64,000 bases of DNA from an uncultured Anaerolineales bacterium (GTDB lineage: Bacteria > Chloroflexota > Anaerolineae > UBA4142 > SHND01): the NCBI GenBank assembly GCA_964469005.1, contig CAYXXF010000021.1, forward strand, positions 41,336-105,335, in the 5' to 3' direction. A model generated the notes under the pieces. That model saw only the letters and a list, made by a program, of their open reading frames with translations. It searched no databases and was not told the origin of the DNA. Within the stretch, counting starts at the first letter, position 1. Each line of letters opens with the position of its first letter. This document shows, in pieces, positions 19,815 through 27,435 of this stretch. Position numbers and translations under genes: made by a program.

Positions 19815-20864
19815 CTATGGCGCAAACTGAATCCATTTTTGAGTCGCTTCATCAAATCCAAAGACATAATCGGTGCGGCGGTCTTCACTCGTCGCGGACA
19901 AGGTGAAATTGAAATCAATTCCGCGCACGAGCATTTGAGTGCGCGTGTTGAAATCAATGCGGCGCGGTTTGTTGAATGCGCCATTCAATGTCACTTCCAA
20001 ACGCGGTTCGCCCCAAAAATTTCCTTTCTCATTCAACGCCATCGAAAAAATTTCCGGTGTGCGCGCGGAACCAAAATACAAACGCTTGCCCGTCGACAAA
20101 TTGTACGCCGCGAGTCCAAAGCCATCGAAATTATTGAATTGGTCTGCCACCTGGCCCGTTTTCAAATCCACGCGATAAATGCGCCCCACTTGTTGCGCGC
20201 GCGTGGAACCCATCACGCTTGTAACGTACAAACTATTGGTGTCGCAATCAAATGCGAGCGCGAGAATGCCGTATGGATTTTCCGGCGAAGGCGGCAGTGC
20301 GGAAGGCAATTTCAAAAATTCGCTCATCACTCCAGTCTCGGTATCCACTTTGTATAGGATGTTGGCTTTTTCCGGTGGGTTGTCAATCAAACTGATGCGC
20401 GGACTGGGCGCGACAAAAACATTGCCCAAGTTGTCCACCACAAACGTTCCGAGATAACCGCCCATCGTCCACGATGGATGCTGATATTTTTTCGCGTTCT
20501 CTAACTTGCCGTCGGCGCCCGGTTCATACAGTTGCAGTCCTTTGTTCAAACGTTCCGACGTACTGAAAACCACCGCGCGCGAAAAACCCAATTTCGCGAT
20601 GGGGAATTTTGGCGTGCCGCGACATTGATTGACCGGACCCGGCAGCCAATTTGATGCGAGTTTTGGCTCCGCGTTTTGTGTGCCGCTTGGCGTATTCAAC
20701 CACACGAGCGCGCCGCCGATTGCCAACACCGCGACAATTCCAAACAAGGCGATGTACAAACCGAGACGATTCGCGGAGGCAGTGTCAGATGCGCGTGACT
20801 CATTGACGCGCGATTCAAGTTTAACTTGTTGAAGCGGACTAGTGCGTTTCTTTTTGGTGGACAT
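19815..20864 (-). CDS. Membrane-anchored extracytoplasmic protein, probable beta-propeller
   Basis: One N-terminal TM helix (LYIALFGIVAVLAIGGALVWL), then short beta-rich repeats (FVVDNLGNVFV, YGILALAFDCDTNSLYV, GRIYRVD). Confidence 0.6.
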   Translation of the reverse strand: MSTKKKRTSPLQQVKLESRVNESRASDTASANRLGLYIALFGIVAVLAIGGALVWLNTPSGTQNAEPKLASNWLPGPVNQCRGTPKFPIAKLGFSRAVVFSTSERLNKGLQLYEPGADGKLENAKKYQHPSWTMGGYLGTFVVDNLGNVFVAPSPRISLIDNPPEKANILYKVDTETGVMSEFLKLPSALPPSPENPYGILALAFDCDTNSLYVTSVMGSTRAQQVGRIYRVDLKTGQVADQFNNFDGFGLAAYNLSTGKRLYFGSARTPEIFSMALNEKGNFWGEPRLEVTLNGAFNKPRRIDFNTRTQMLVRGIDFNFTLSATSEDRRTDYVFGFDEATQKWIQFAP

Positions 20865-20986
20865 GGAGATTAGTGATTGGAGATTGGAAGATGGAATGTT
20901 GTATTTTGGAATTACAAGTGATGCTTCACGCTTCTCGTTTCACGATACGCGATTTGCAAACTGCCATCGCGCAGGAATCGGCGCAG

Positions 20987-22735
20987 CTATTTGCCATTCA
21001 CAATTGGGTTGAACAATGGACCACTGTAGCATGGATACGCGCGCGGATTATAAATTCCGTTTTCTAGTACAACATCCGCCCAACAGTATTCTTTGTTCGG
21101 CGTGTTGTCGTTTTTCAATTGCGCGACGTACCACAACACAAGATTCGTGTTGCCAATCGCTTCGTCGTTCAAAAATTTTTCGGGACCCTGACGAAAATCG
21201 GTGTTGCAGCACGGACCTATCGTCGGTAAATCCGACGCGCCCTCGTCGCGGTTTGGGTCATTGCGCGTGACAAACACCATCGCATTGTCACCGCGTTCAT
21301 ATTTTGAAAATTGCAGGCGTCCGGTTTGCATATTAAAGCCCGCGCCTTGCGCGTTCACAATGCGAAACGAAACACCCGCGTCATTTTCGGGAACGTCGGC
21401 GGCAAGTTTCCATTGTTCCGTTTCCCAATTTTTCCACGCGCCGTTCGACCATTCCGCAAACGTGAATGGCTGCGCCCACTCGATGCGTGTGACGGGGCGA
21501 TACGTTCCTTCGGTGCCGCAGCCGCGTCCGAGATTTGCCGCAATGAGCCGAAAACTGCCATCGTCATGAAATTGAAAACGCTGCTGGTAATAATAATTAC
21601 ACGGCAGGGGCCAGAACTCGCTGAAAAAATCTTGCACGAGTTCAAAGCCAATGCGTTTGCCGTCTTGCATCAAATCCAAAACTTGCGGTCCCGTGAACGC
21701 GACGACAGCCGCTTGCGAAAAAACGGGACAACCAATTGCATCACTGTATCCGAAACCTTCACCCGTCGAATAGCTCACATGCCAATCCACGACTTTGGCG
21801 CTCGTCAAAATTTTGTTGCCTTGATATTCCACGTCCGAAACGCGCAAACCATCGGAACTCGTCAAGATAAAATTCATTTTCCAAGCGCCGTTCGCCAACG
21901 CGTTTTCCTTTTCACAAAAATTCGCGGCAACGACATCATTTTGCAGCGTGCGTTCGGTGAGCGGCGGACCATTGAGCGAACCGAGATTCGTCCAACGCGT
22001 GCCGACCAAAACATTGTCCGTCAAATCTACAATCGCCCACAACGCGCGGTCACCCACTTTGAACGTCGGTGCCAGACAATAATGCAGTGAGCGTTCGCAT
22101 TGCGACGCCTTGAGCGATGTTTTTGTATTCGCCATCATTGCCTGCGCGTTATCGGGCGTGTAACCCAATGCCTGCTGCACTTGCGGAGAATTTTTGGCAA
22201 TCTCGATTGCCAGATCCACCAACGCTTGCGGCGGGTCGGGCTGGGTGTTTTCGTATTGATTGATTGCCATCACACGCTGCGTATTCAATTCCACAATCGC
22301 GGCGGTTAAAAGATTCAACGCATAATTGTACATTTCCACGCGATAACATTTCGTCGTGCGACAAATCGCGGCTTGTCCCACAAAATCACTTGCGCGCAAT
22401 GGCACCACACCAAAAATTTCCGCGCGCAATGTTTTACCATCGCCCGTCCGCGTGTTCTCCGTAAAGCGCGGGTCACGCAGTGCAATGATTTGCGCGTCAG
22501 CGCGTTCGCCGTCCAAACCGAGCAGCGGCAGCACCGCGCCATTTTTCAGCGCATCCGCAACCTGAAACTGCCGCGTCGCCACAACGGGAAGCAACGCACT
22601 TGGCGTTTCCCGCACCGCAAGCACACCGGCTTCAATCGTTGGCGTCGGCGGAACGCGCGTGGGCAGCGGTTGCCCACAGGCGACAAGAAAAACGAGAGAA
22701 ACGAAAAACGAAAAAATGAGACCACGAACCATCAT
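20987..22735 (-). CDS. Lipoprotein with copper-amine-oxidase-like sequence motifs, lacking recognisable Cu-ligand histidines
   Basis: Lipobox LVAC. ATG 22735 overlaps the avd TGA. CAO-like segments: AIVELNTQRV..TQPDPP..AIEIAKNSPQVQQALG, WKMNF..SDGLRVSDVEY.G..IL, YSD, CNYYY..FQFHDDGSF, TNLVLWY. Confidence 0.6.
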   Translation of the reverse strand: MMVRGLIFSFFVSLVFLVACGQPLPTRVPPTPTIEAGVLAVRETPSALLPVVATRQFQVADALKNGAVLPLLGLDGERADAQIIALRDPRFTENTRTGDGKTLRAEIFGVVPLRASDFVGQAAICRTTKCYRVEMYNYALNLLTAAIVELNTQRVMAINQYENTQPDPPQALVDLAIEIAKNSPQVQQALGYTPDNAQAMMANTKTSLKASQCERSLHYCLAPTFKVGDRALWAIVDLTDNVLVGTRWTNLGSLNGPPLTERTLQNDVVAANFCEKENALANGAWKMNFILTSSDGLRVSDVEYQGNKILTSAKVVDWHVSYSTGEGFGYSDAIGCPVFSQAAVVAFTGPQVLDLMQDGKRIGFELVQDFFSEFWPLPCNYYYQQRFQFHDDGSFRLIAANLGRGCGTEGTYRPVTRIEWAQPFTFAEWSNGAWKNWETEQWKLAADVPENDAGVSFRIVNAQGAGFNMQTGRLQFSKYERGDNAMVFVTRNDPNRDEGASDLPTIGPCCNTDFRQGPEKFLNDEAIGNTNLVLWYVAQLKNDNTPNKEYCWADVVLENGIYNPRAYPCYSGPLFNPIVNGK

Positions 22736-23085
22736 GCTGTGTCTGCTCCACCTTTGTTCAACCAACCGCCAAGCAAACGCCCCACCTCATTCGTGAGGCG
22801 CGCACTGTGTTCGAATCCTGCCGCGTCTAATAATTGCAACTCGCTAGCCAAACGCAAATTGGTTCGCAATTCCGCCAGTTCGATATCCGCACGCGTCAAC
22901 GCGTCGCGCTTGTGGTTCACGTTTTTCACTTTCGCGGCGAACAATAACGCGCGCTGCAAATCGAACGCATTACTCTGTATGCGTGTCGCCAGCGAGAAAC
23001 GATATTCGCGCGAAAATTTCAACGTGCGCGGCAAGAGCCACAAAAGTAATTCATACGTTTTGACGAAAATGGGAGATTCCATCAT
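22732..23085 (-). CDS. avd: DGR accessory variability determinant (Avd, four-helix bundle)
   Basis: 117 aa. SPIFVKTYELLLWL, KFSREYRFSLATRI, LRTNLRLASEL, EVGRLLGGW. ATG 23085 overlaps the RT stop (ATGA). Confidence 0.92.
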   Translation of the reverse strand: MMESPIFVKTYELLLWLLPRTLKFSREYRFSLATRIQSNAFDLQRALLFAAKVKNVNHKRDALTRADIELAELRTNLRLASELQLLDAAGFEHSARLTNEVGRLLGGWLNKGGADTA

Positions 23086-24137
23086 AGCGGCATCGCGTGG
23101 AATAATTTCGCGCGCAAGCGTTTCGTATTCCCATGCCGCGCGTGGGCAATCCACGCCTGCGTCGAACGGTCGAGCGTTTCGAAATCAATTTCGCGTGTTT
23201 GATACGCGCGCGTCAATTTACGAAATCGTTCCACAAAATCGCACACATTGTCGCGTTTCAAGCGGCGGCGTTCGGGATACACGCGCCAGCCCAAAAAGGG
23301 AATGCCGTTGTGTACGGGATAAACTACCGTTTTGCGCGGATGCGTCACGAGGCGCAGCGTTTGTAAAAATTTCTCGATGGCTGCGCGCCATTCCCATAGT
23401 ACGCGTTTCTCGTTCGAGAACAAAACAAAATCATCCACGTAACGCACATACGCTTTTACTTTTAATTCCCGTTTCACAAATTGGTCCAACTCGTTCAAAT
23501 ACACATTCGCCCAAAATTGCGAGGTGAGATTGCCGATGGGCAACCCGCGCGGACGATTGACGGCGAATAAATCATCGTCCGGGAAATACTGCATGATGTA
23601 CTGGTCACGATGAATTTCCGCGCCGCTCGCCAAAATTTTTTCAATCAGCCACAACACCTGTTCATCGGCGATAGGACGCGCGAGAATTTTGAAAAGAATC
23701 GCGTGGTCAATCGAAGGGAAACACTGCGCAATGTCGCCTTGTAACGCGTATTTATATTTTTGTGAAAAATCCTGCGCGCGGTCGAGCGCGCGGTGGGTCC
23801 CCTTCTTTTTGCGATTCGCATACGAGTCAAAAATAAATTTGCGTTCGAATATCGGTTCAATAATGTTGCAGAGCGCGTGATGCACCACGCGGTCACGAAA
23901 CGGCGCCGCGCTCACCAAGCGTTTTTTGCGGTCATCCAAACGAAAACTGTGATACGCGCCCGGCGTGTACGTTTGCGCGCGTAACTCTTCTTGCAGTTGC
24001 AGCAATTCGTCCTCAAAATTGAATTCGAATCGAAACACCTGCTGCTTGTCGCGCTTGCCGCGCCGCGCTTTATAGTACGCGTTCAACAAATTCGCGAACG
24101 TGTTGATTTGTGGATAGAGTTCGTCGTAACGTTTCAT
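23082..24137 (-). CDS. DGR-class reverse transcriptase
   Basis: 351 aa. KKRLVSAAPFRDRVVHHAL, GTHRAL, GDIAQCFPSIDH, GLPIGNLTSQFWANVYL (DGR-type SQ motif), YVRYVDDF, FLG. No maturase or endonuclease domain. Confidence 0.96.
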   Translation of the reverse strand: MKRYDELYPQINTFANLLNAYYKARRGKRDKQQVFRFEFNFEDELLQLQEELRAQTYTPGAYHSFRLDDRKKRLVSAAPFRDRVVHHALCNIIEPIFERKFIFDSYANRKKKGTHRALDRAQDFSQKYKYALQGDIAQCFPSIDHAILFKILARPIADEQVLWLIEKILASGAEIHRDQYIMQYFPDDDLFAVNRPRGLPIGNLTSQFWANVYLNELDQFVKRELKVKAYVRYVDDFVLFSNEKRVLWEWRAAIEKFLQTLRLVTHPRKTVVYPVHNGIPFLGWRVYPERRRLKRDNVCDFVERFRKLTRAYQTREIDFETLDRSTQAWIAHARHGNTKRLRAKLFHAMPL

Positions 24138-24176
24138 CTTTGTACACCTGTCGGCTACCTATCCCTCACCCCCCTA

Positions 24177-24201
24177 CCCCCTCTCCCAAAGGGAGAGGGG
24201 G
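24177..24201. repeat. Hairpin CCCCCTCTCCC-AAA-GGGAGAGGGGG between target and RT
   Basis: Perfect 11-bp stem, 3-nt loop. Confidence 0.7.
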
Positions 24202-24232
24202 AGAAATCAAAAGCGCAGCTAGCTGGAGGGTG

Positions 24233-24266
24233 AGACCTTTCGGGTTTTCGGAAACCCGAAAGGTCT
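24233..24266. repeat. Perfect 15-bp hairpin (family A palindrome) downstream of VR
   Basis: AGACCTTTCGGGTTT-TCGG-AAACCCGAAAGGTCT. Confidence 0.75.
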
Positions 24267-24307
24267 GTCCTTCCAACACCTATCCGCTTACATCCTCCCC
24301 ACCGCGA

Positions 24308-24335
24308 CAGAAAACAGAATTCAGAATTCAGAATA
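24308..24335 (-). repeat. Degenerate heptamer array just after the target stop codon
   Basis: Minus strand: TATTCTG AATTCTG AATTCTG TTTTCTG. Confidence 0.65.
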
Positions 24336-24342
24336 CAACTGC

Positions 24343-27036
24343 CTAACGGAACGACTCGGCAACGCGAAACCCGTCATCGTTGTAGCGGTCGCGCGGGACG
24401 CTGTAGTAGCGGCCCGCGGCGCGGGCGTCGTCGGAATCATAGATGAACGAGCCGCCGCGTAGAACCTTGGTGTCCTTATCATAATCGCTGCTCGTCCATT
24501 CCCAAACATTGCCACACATATCCAACGCGCCGCAAGGACTCGCGCCCTCCAGAAAAATGCCCACAGGTGAAGTGCCGCCCAAACCCAACTCGCGTGTATT
24601 CGCTTTTTGTTTTTCGAACTCGTCGCCCCAAGGATATTTGCGTCCATCGGTTCCCCGCGCCGCGCGTTCCCATTCCTGTTCCGTCGGCAAACGAAATTTT
24701 CGTTTCGTCGTTTGGCTCAACCATTCGCAGTATGCCACAGCATCATGCCACGAAACGCCGCGCACAGGATAATTGGAACGCGCTGGCGCAAAACTGCGTG
24801 TTGTCTCATCCCATTCAAAACCTGGGACGGCATGCTGCATCGCGTCAACAAACTTTTTGTATTGCTGATTCGTCACGAGATATTTGGCGATACGGAAGGG
24901 CTGTTCAATTTTTTCCGCGCGTTTTTCATCGCCGTACAAAAATTCGCCTGCAGGAACGTCGAGCATTTCATCAAAATTGCGCGGGTCGCCCAATTTTCCC
25001 AACGCTTGCGCAGCCGCAAGCCGCACGCGAAATTCTGAATCGGTATCAACGATGGCGACAAGCGTCGGCACAAATTGCGACAGCGCAAGTTCATTCATCA
25101 ATTCCGCCGCGCGCGCGCGTTCGACGCCGTCAGTGGTTTCACGCGCGCGCGCAATGTGTTGCAAACGTTCCAGCGTCTCGTCGCGCCAACGCGCTTGAAG
25201 CATCACTTTTTCGGTCAAGGCGCGCGCGGCAGTGAACACACTCGCGGCGCGCGGCGAATGTAACAATTGTTCCGCAATGAAATTCGCGTGTTCATGCGGC
25301 GGCATCGCCATATACAAGAGGGTCACTTCTTCCCAAACGGGATTCGCCAAACTATCGAGCAGCGGCGTCGGCACGCCAAGCGTTTTCGACAACGCATCCG
25401 CCGCGAGATATTCTTGAAACGTGAGATGCGAAAACGTGACGAGTCCTTCGCCCGTTTCTTTATCTGTGCCGATTTCGCGCAAGATGCCGCTCTCTTGTTT
25501 CACGCCCTCGAGCCAAGCCTGCGCTTTTTCCACACATGCCAGATAACGCGCGTTCGGTTCTGCGGGCAGCAGCGCGGGAATCAAGTTTGGCAAATGGTCG
25601 GCAATGATACGTTCGGCGCGAGTGCGTAACAGTGGGACTTGTCCTTCGCTCCCATCAGAGCGCTGCTGTTGAATTTCCAACGCCAACGCGCGCAGCAAAA
25701 TAATTTTTTGTTCCAAATTCAACTCGTCGCGGCGCGCGCTCGCCAATTGCAATTCGCCTTTTTTGCGGTCACGCCAACGTTCGGTGAGAATCTCGACGCA
25801 ATCGCGATACAGGATGTGGCGTTCCTCAGGAAACTCCAAACGCACGGAATGAACCAACACAATCAACGAAAGCAAAAGCGGGTTTTCGGCAAGGTCGCGC
25901 AAGCGCGTATTGCGATTCAAAACCGCTTTCAAGCGCGCAGCGCGTTCCGCATAATCACGTTCCAAAAATTTTTTGCGCGCCTCCGCTTCGCCCACACCGT
26001 CGCGAATCGCATAGGCGCGATACAATTGTTCCACCAACCGCACGCTGTCGCGCGGCGTCAAGGGCTGGACGGTTTGTTCCGCGAAACCCAGCGCGCCAAG
26101 TTGTCCTTCGTATCCCACTTTGCGCGTGGTCGCGAGAAAACGATTTTTACGTTCGCCATACGCATTCAACAAACCCGCGACATGCTCCGCCATCGCTTGA
26201 CGCGCGCCCGGACTGCCCAATTCGTCGAACGCGTCAAGCAGCACAATACAGTCGCCGCGTTCCAAACGATGTTTGAAAAAATCGGGCGGACACGGCACCA
26301 AAATCTGCCGCGCAAATTCATCTTGAAACGCGTCAAGCAAGGTTCGTGTTTTGCCCCAACCCAACACATCGCTTTGTCTGCCCAACGAAACAAAAATCGG
26401 AAACGGGCGCGTTTTCCAACCGAGACGTTCGCGCACCAAATTGCGCGCATCGCCTTCACGCGGCTTGTTCCGCCGCGCCCGCGCGCACGTCACTGCGAGA
26501 TATTTCAGCAAGGTTGTTTTACCGGACCCCGGGTCGCCGCGAATCACGAGACGCGGAAATTGTTCAAGTGTACGCCCAAGTTCACTCCCGTATTGTTTTG
26601 GTTCGGGACGAAAGCGTTCGGGAACGAAACGCCACAACCCGCGCGGGCGATACATACGCCCCATCCGTTGGTCCAAAATAAAGAGGTCAGTGTCCTCACG
26701 CGGCTCACTTTGTCCCGTTCCCGTCAAGCGCAATTCCACAAACACTTTTTCCAATTCCGCGCCTTGCGCGCTCGGCACATTTGCCGCAATGTTGCTGGGC
26801 AATAATCCCAACGACATGTTGCGCTGAATCATCCAATCCAAATAGGCGCGCTCAAACTTGTAATCGGCGCCGCGTCCGCTCGCAAAGGCGAACAACGCTT
26901 CACCGCCTCTTTGTATTTGGCGGAGCAGCCACGGTACAAGTTCGCGCAAAAACAACCCAAGAAAAAAAAGAATGACCCCGACAATCAGCGCGTTGCTGCC
27001 ATAATTTTTGATGAATTCGTCAAGCCAAGTAGGCAT
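24343..27036 (-). CDS. DGR target: TM-NACHT NTPase-HEAT-FGE-sulfatase (CLec-fold) protein
   Basis: TM at about aa 16-36. Walker A GDPGSGKT, Walker B VLLDAFDE, FLATTR, NPLLL, FSHLTFQEYLAA. HEAT RVRLAAAQALGKLGDPR. FGE motifs VTNQQY, VSWHDAVAYCEWL, RLPTEQEWERAARG, MCGNVWEW, RGGS, GFRV. Confidence 0.92.
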   Translation of the reverse strand: MPTWLDEFIKNYGSNALIVGVILFFLGLFLRELVPWLLRQIQRGGEALFAFASGRGADYKFERAYLDWMIQRNMSLGLLPSNIAANVPSAQGAELEKVFVELRLTGTGQSEPREDTDLFILDQRMGRMYRPRGLWRFVPERFRPEPKQYGSELGRTLEQFPRLVIRGDPGSGKTTLLKYLAVTCARARRNKPREGDARNLVRERLGWKTRPFPIFVSLGRQSDVLGWGKTRTLLDAFQDEFARQILVPCPPDFFKHRLERGDCIVLLDAFDELGSPGARQAMAEHVAGLLNAYGERKNRFLATTRKVGYEGQLGALGFAEQTVQPLTPRDSVRLVEQLYRAYAIRDGVGEAEARKKFLERDYAERAARLKAVLNRNTRLRDLAENPLLLSLIVLVHSVRLEFPEERHILYRDCVEILTERWRDRKKGELQLASARRDELNLEQKIILLRALALEIQQQRSDGSEGQVPLLRTRAERIIADHLPNLIPALLPAEPNARYLACVEKAQAWLEGVKQESGILREIGTDKETGEGLVTFSHLTFQEYLAADALSKTLGVPTPLLDSLANPVWEEVTLLYMAMPPHEHANFIAEQLLHSPRAASVFTAARALTEKVMLQARWRDETLERLQHIARARETTDGVERARAAELMNELALSQFVPTLVAIVDTDSEFRVRLAAAQALGKLGDPRNFDEMLDVPAGEFLYGDEKRAEKIEQPFRIAKYLVTNQQYKKFVDAMQHAVPGFEWDETTRSFAPARSNYPVRGVSWHDAVAYCEWLSQTTKRKFRLPTEQEWERAARGTDGRKYPWGDEFEKQKANTRELGLGGTSPVGIFLEGASPCGALDMCGNVWEWTSSDYDKDTKVLRGGSFIYDSDDARAAGRYYSVPRDRYNDDGFRVAESFR
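24350..24461 (-). repeat. DGR variable repeat (VR), the 3' end of the target gene
   Basis: Ungapped 112-bp match to 27269-27380 with 18 mismatches, all opposite TR adenines. Encodes RGGSFIYDSDDARAAGRYYSVPRDRYNDDGFRVAES. Confidence 0.97.
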
Positions 27037-27268
27037 TGGTGTACCCGTCTCAAACGTGACAGGTCGAGCGAACTTGGTTCGCCACGAGACACTGTCACGT
27101 TTGAGAATTGGAGAGGAACTTCTGGCTCCAACCCTGCGGAGGGAGCCAGACCGTACCTTTTTGTCTCACGCGAAATACATCGCGCCGAGACCGGACAGAG
27201 CTGTCATGTTCCGTTGGCTCGCGGCGGCGCGTCACGTTTGACCCACCACATTTCTGAGCGCAAATGAA
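27037..27268 (-). ncRNA. Putative structured DGR spacer RNA downstream of TR
   Basis: 232 nt with several stems: 15-bp inverted repeat 27048-27062/27092-27106 enclosing GCGAAC-TTG-GTTCGC, 9-bp TCTGGCTCC/GGAGCCAGA (27121-27150), and GTCTC-CGCGA/TCGCG-GAGAC (27163-27191). Confidence 0.5.
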
Positions 27269-27380
27269 AATGATTCGGCAACGCGAAACCCGTTATTGTT
27301 GTTGCGGTTGTGCGGGTTGTTGTTGTTGCGGTTCGCGGCGCGGGCGTTGTCGGATTCATTGTTGAACGAGCCGCCGCGTA
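27269..27380 (-). ncRNA. DGR template repeat (TR)
   Basis: In the target frame it reads RGGSFNNESDNARAANRNNNNPHNRNNNNGFRVAES, with 13 AAY codons. 34 adenines, 18 of which differ in VR. Confidence 0.97.
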
Positions 27381-27406
27381 TTTTGTTCGCGCCGTCCTTG
27401 GCGGTG

Positions 27407-27415
27407 ATTGTAGCA
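27407..27415 (-). promoter_or_regulatory. Extended -10 promoter for the TR/DGR transcript
   Basis: TGCTACAAT on the minus strand, 26 nt upstream of the TR homology boundary. Confidence 0.55.
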
Positions 27416-27435
27416 TGATTGAGGCGGAAATTCGG

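Larger units (their letters stand above)
22732..27415 (-). mobile_element. Complete diversity-generating retroelement (TR-spacer-target-RT-avd)
   Basis: RT, avd and a TR/VR pair with adenine-specific mismatches occur together. No integrase or phage genes nearby. Confidence 0.96.

Noticed and set aside
22733-23085. Selenocysteine read-through at the TGA codons of the ATGATG junctions
   Set aside because: RT and Avd both end at family-typical lengths, and the overlaps are explained by translational coupling. No bSECIS-like hairpin was identified.
23082-24137. RT as a group II intron, retron or CRISPR-associated RT
   Set aside because: It is short, has no maturase or endonuclease domain, and carries the SQ motif. 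Adjacent avd and the A-specific TR/VR pair identify it as a DGR RT.
16060-27415. Prophage or integrative element carrying the DGR
   Set aside because: No integrase, terminase, capsid, tail, relaxase or att-like direct repeats were seen.
27204-27416. 70-aa minus-strand ORF across the TR
   Set aside because: It is out of frame with the target-like reading, gives Thr-rich nonsense from AAC repeats, and its ATG overlaps the predicted -10 box. TR is better explained as non-coding template.
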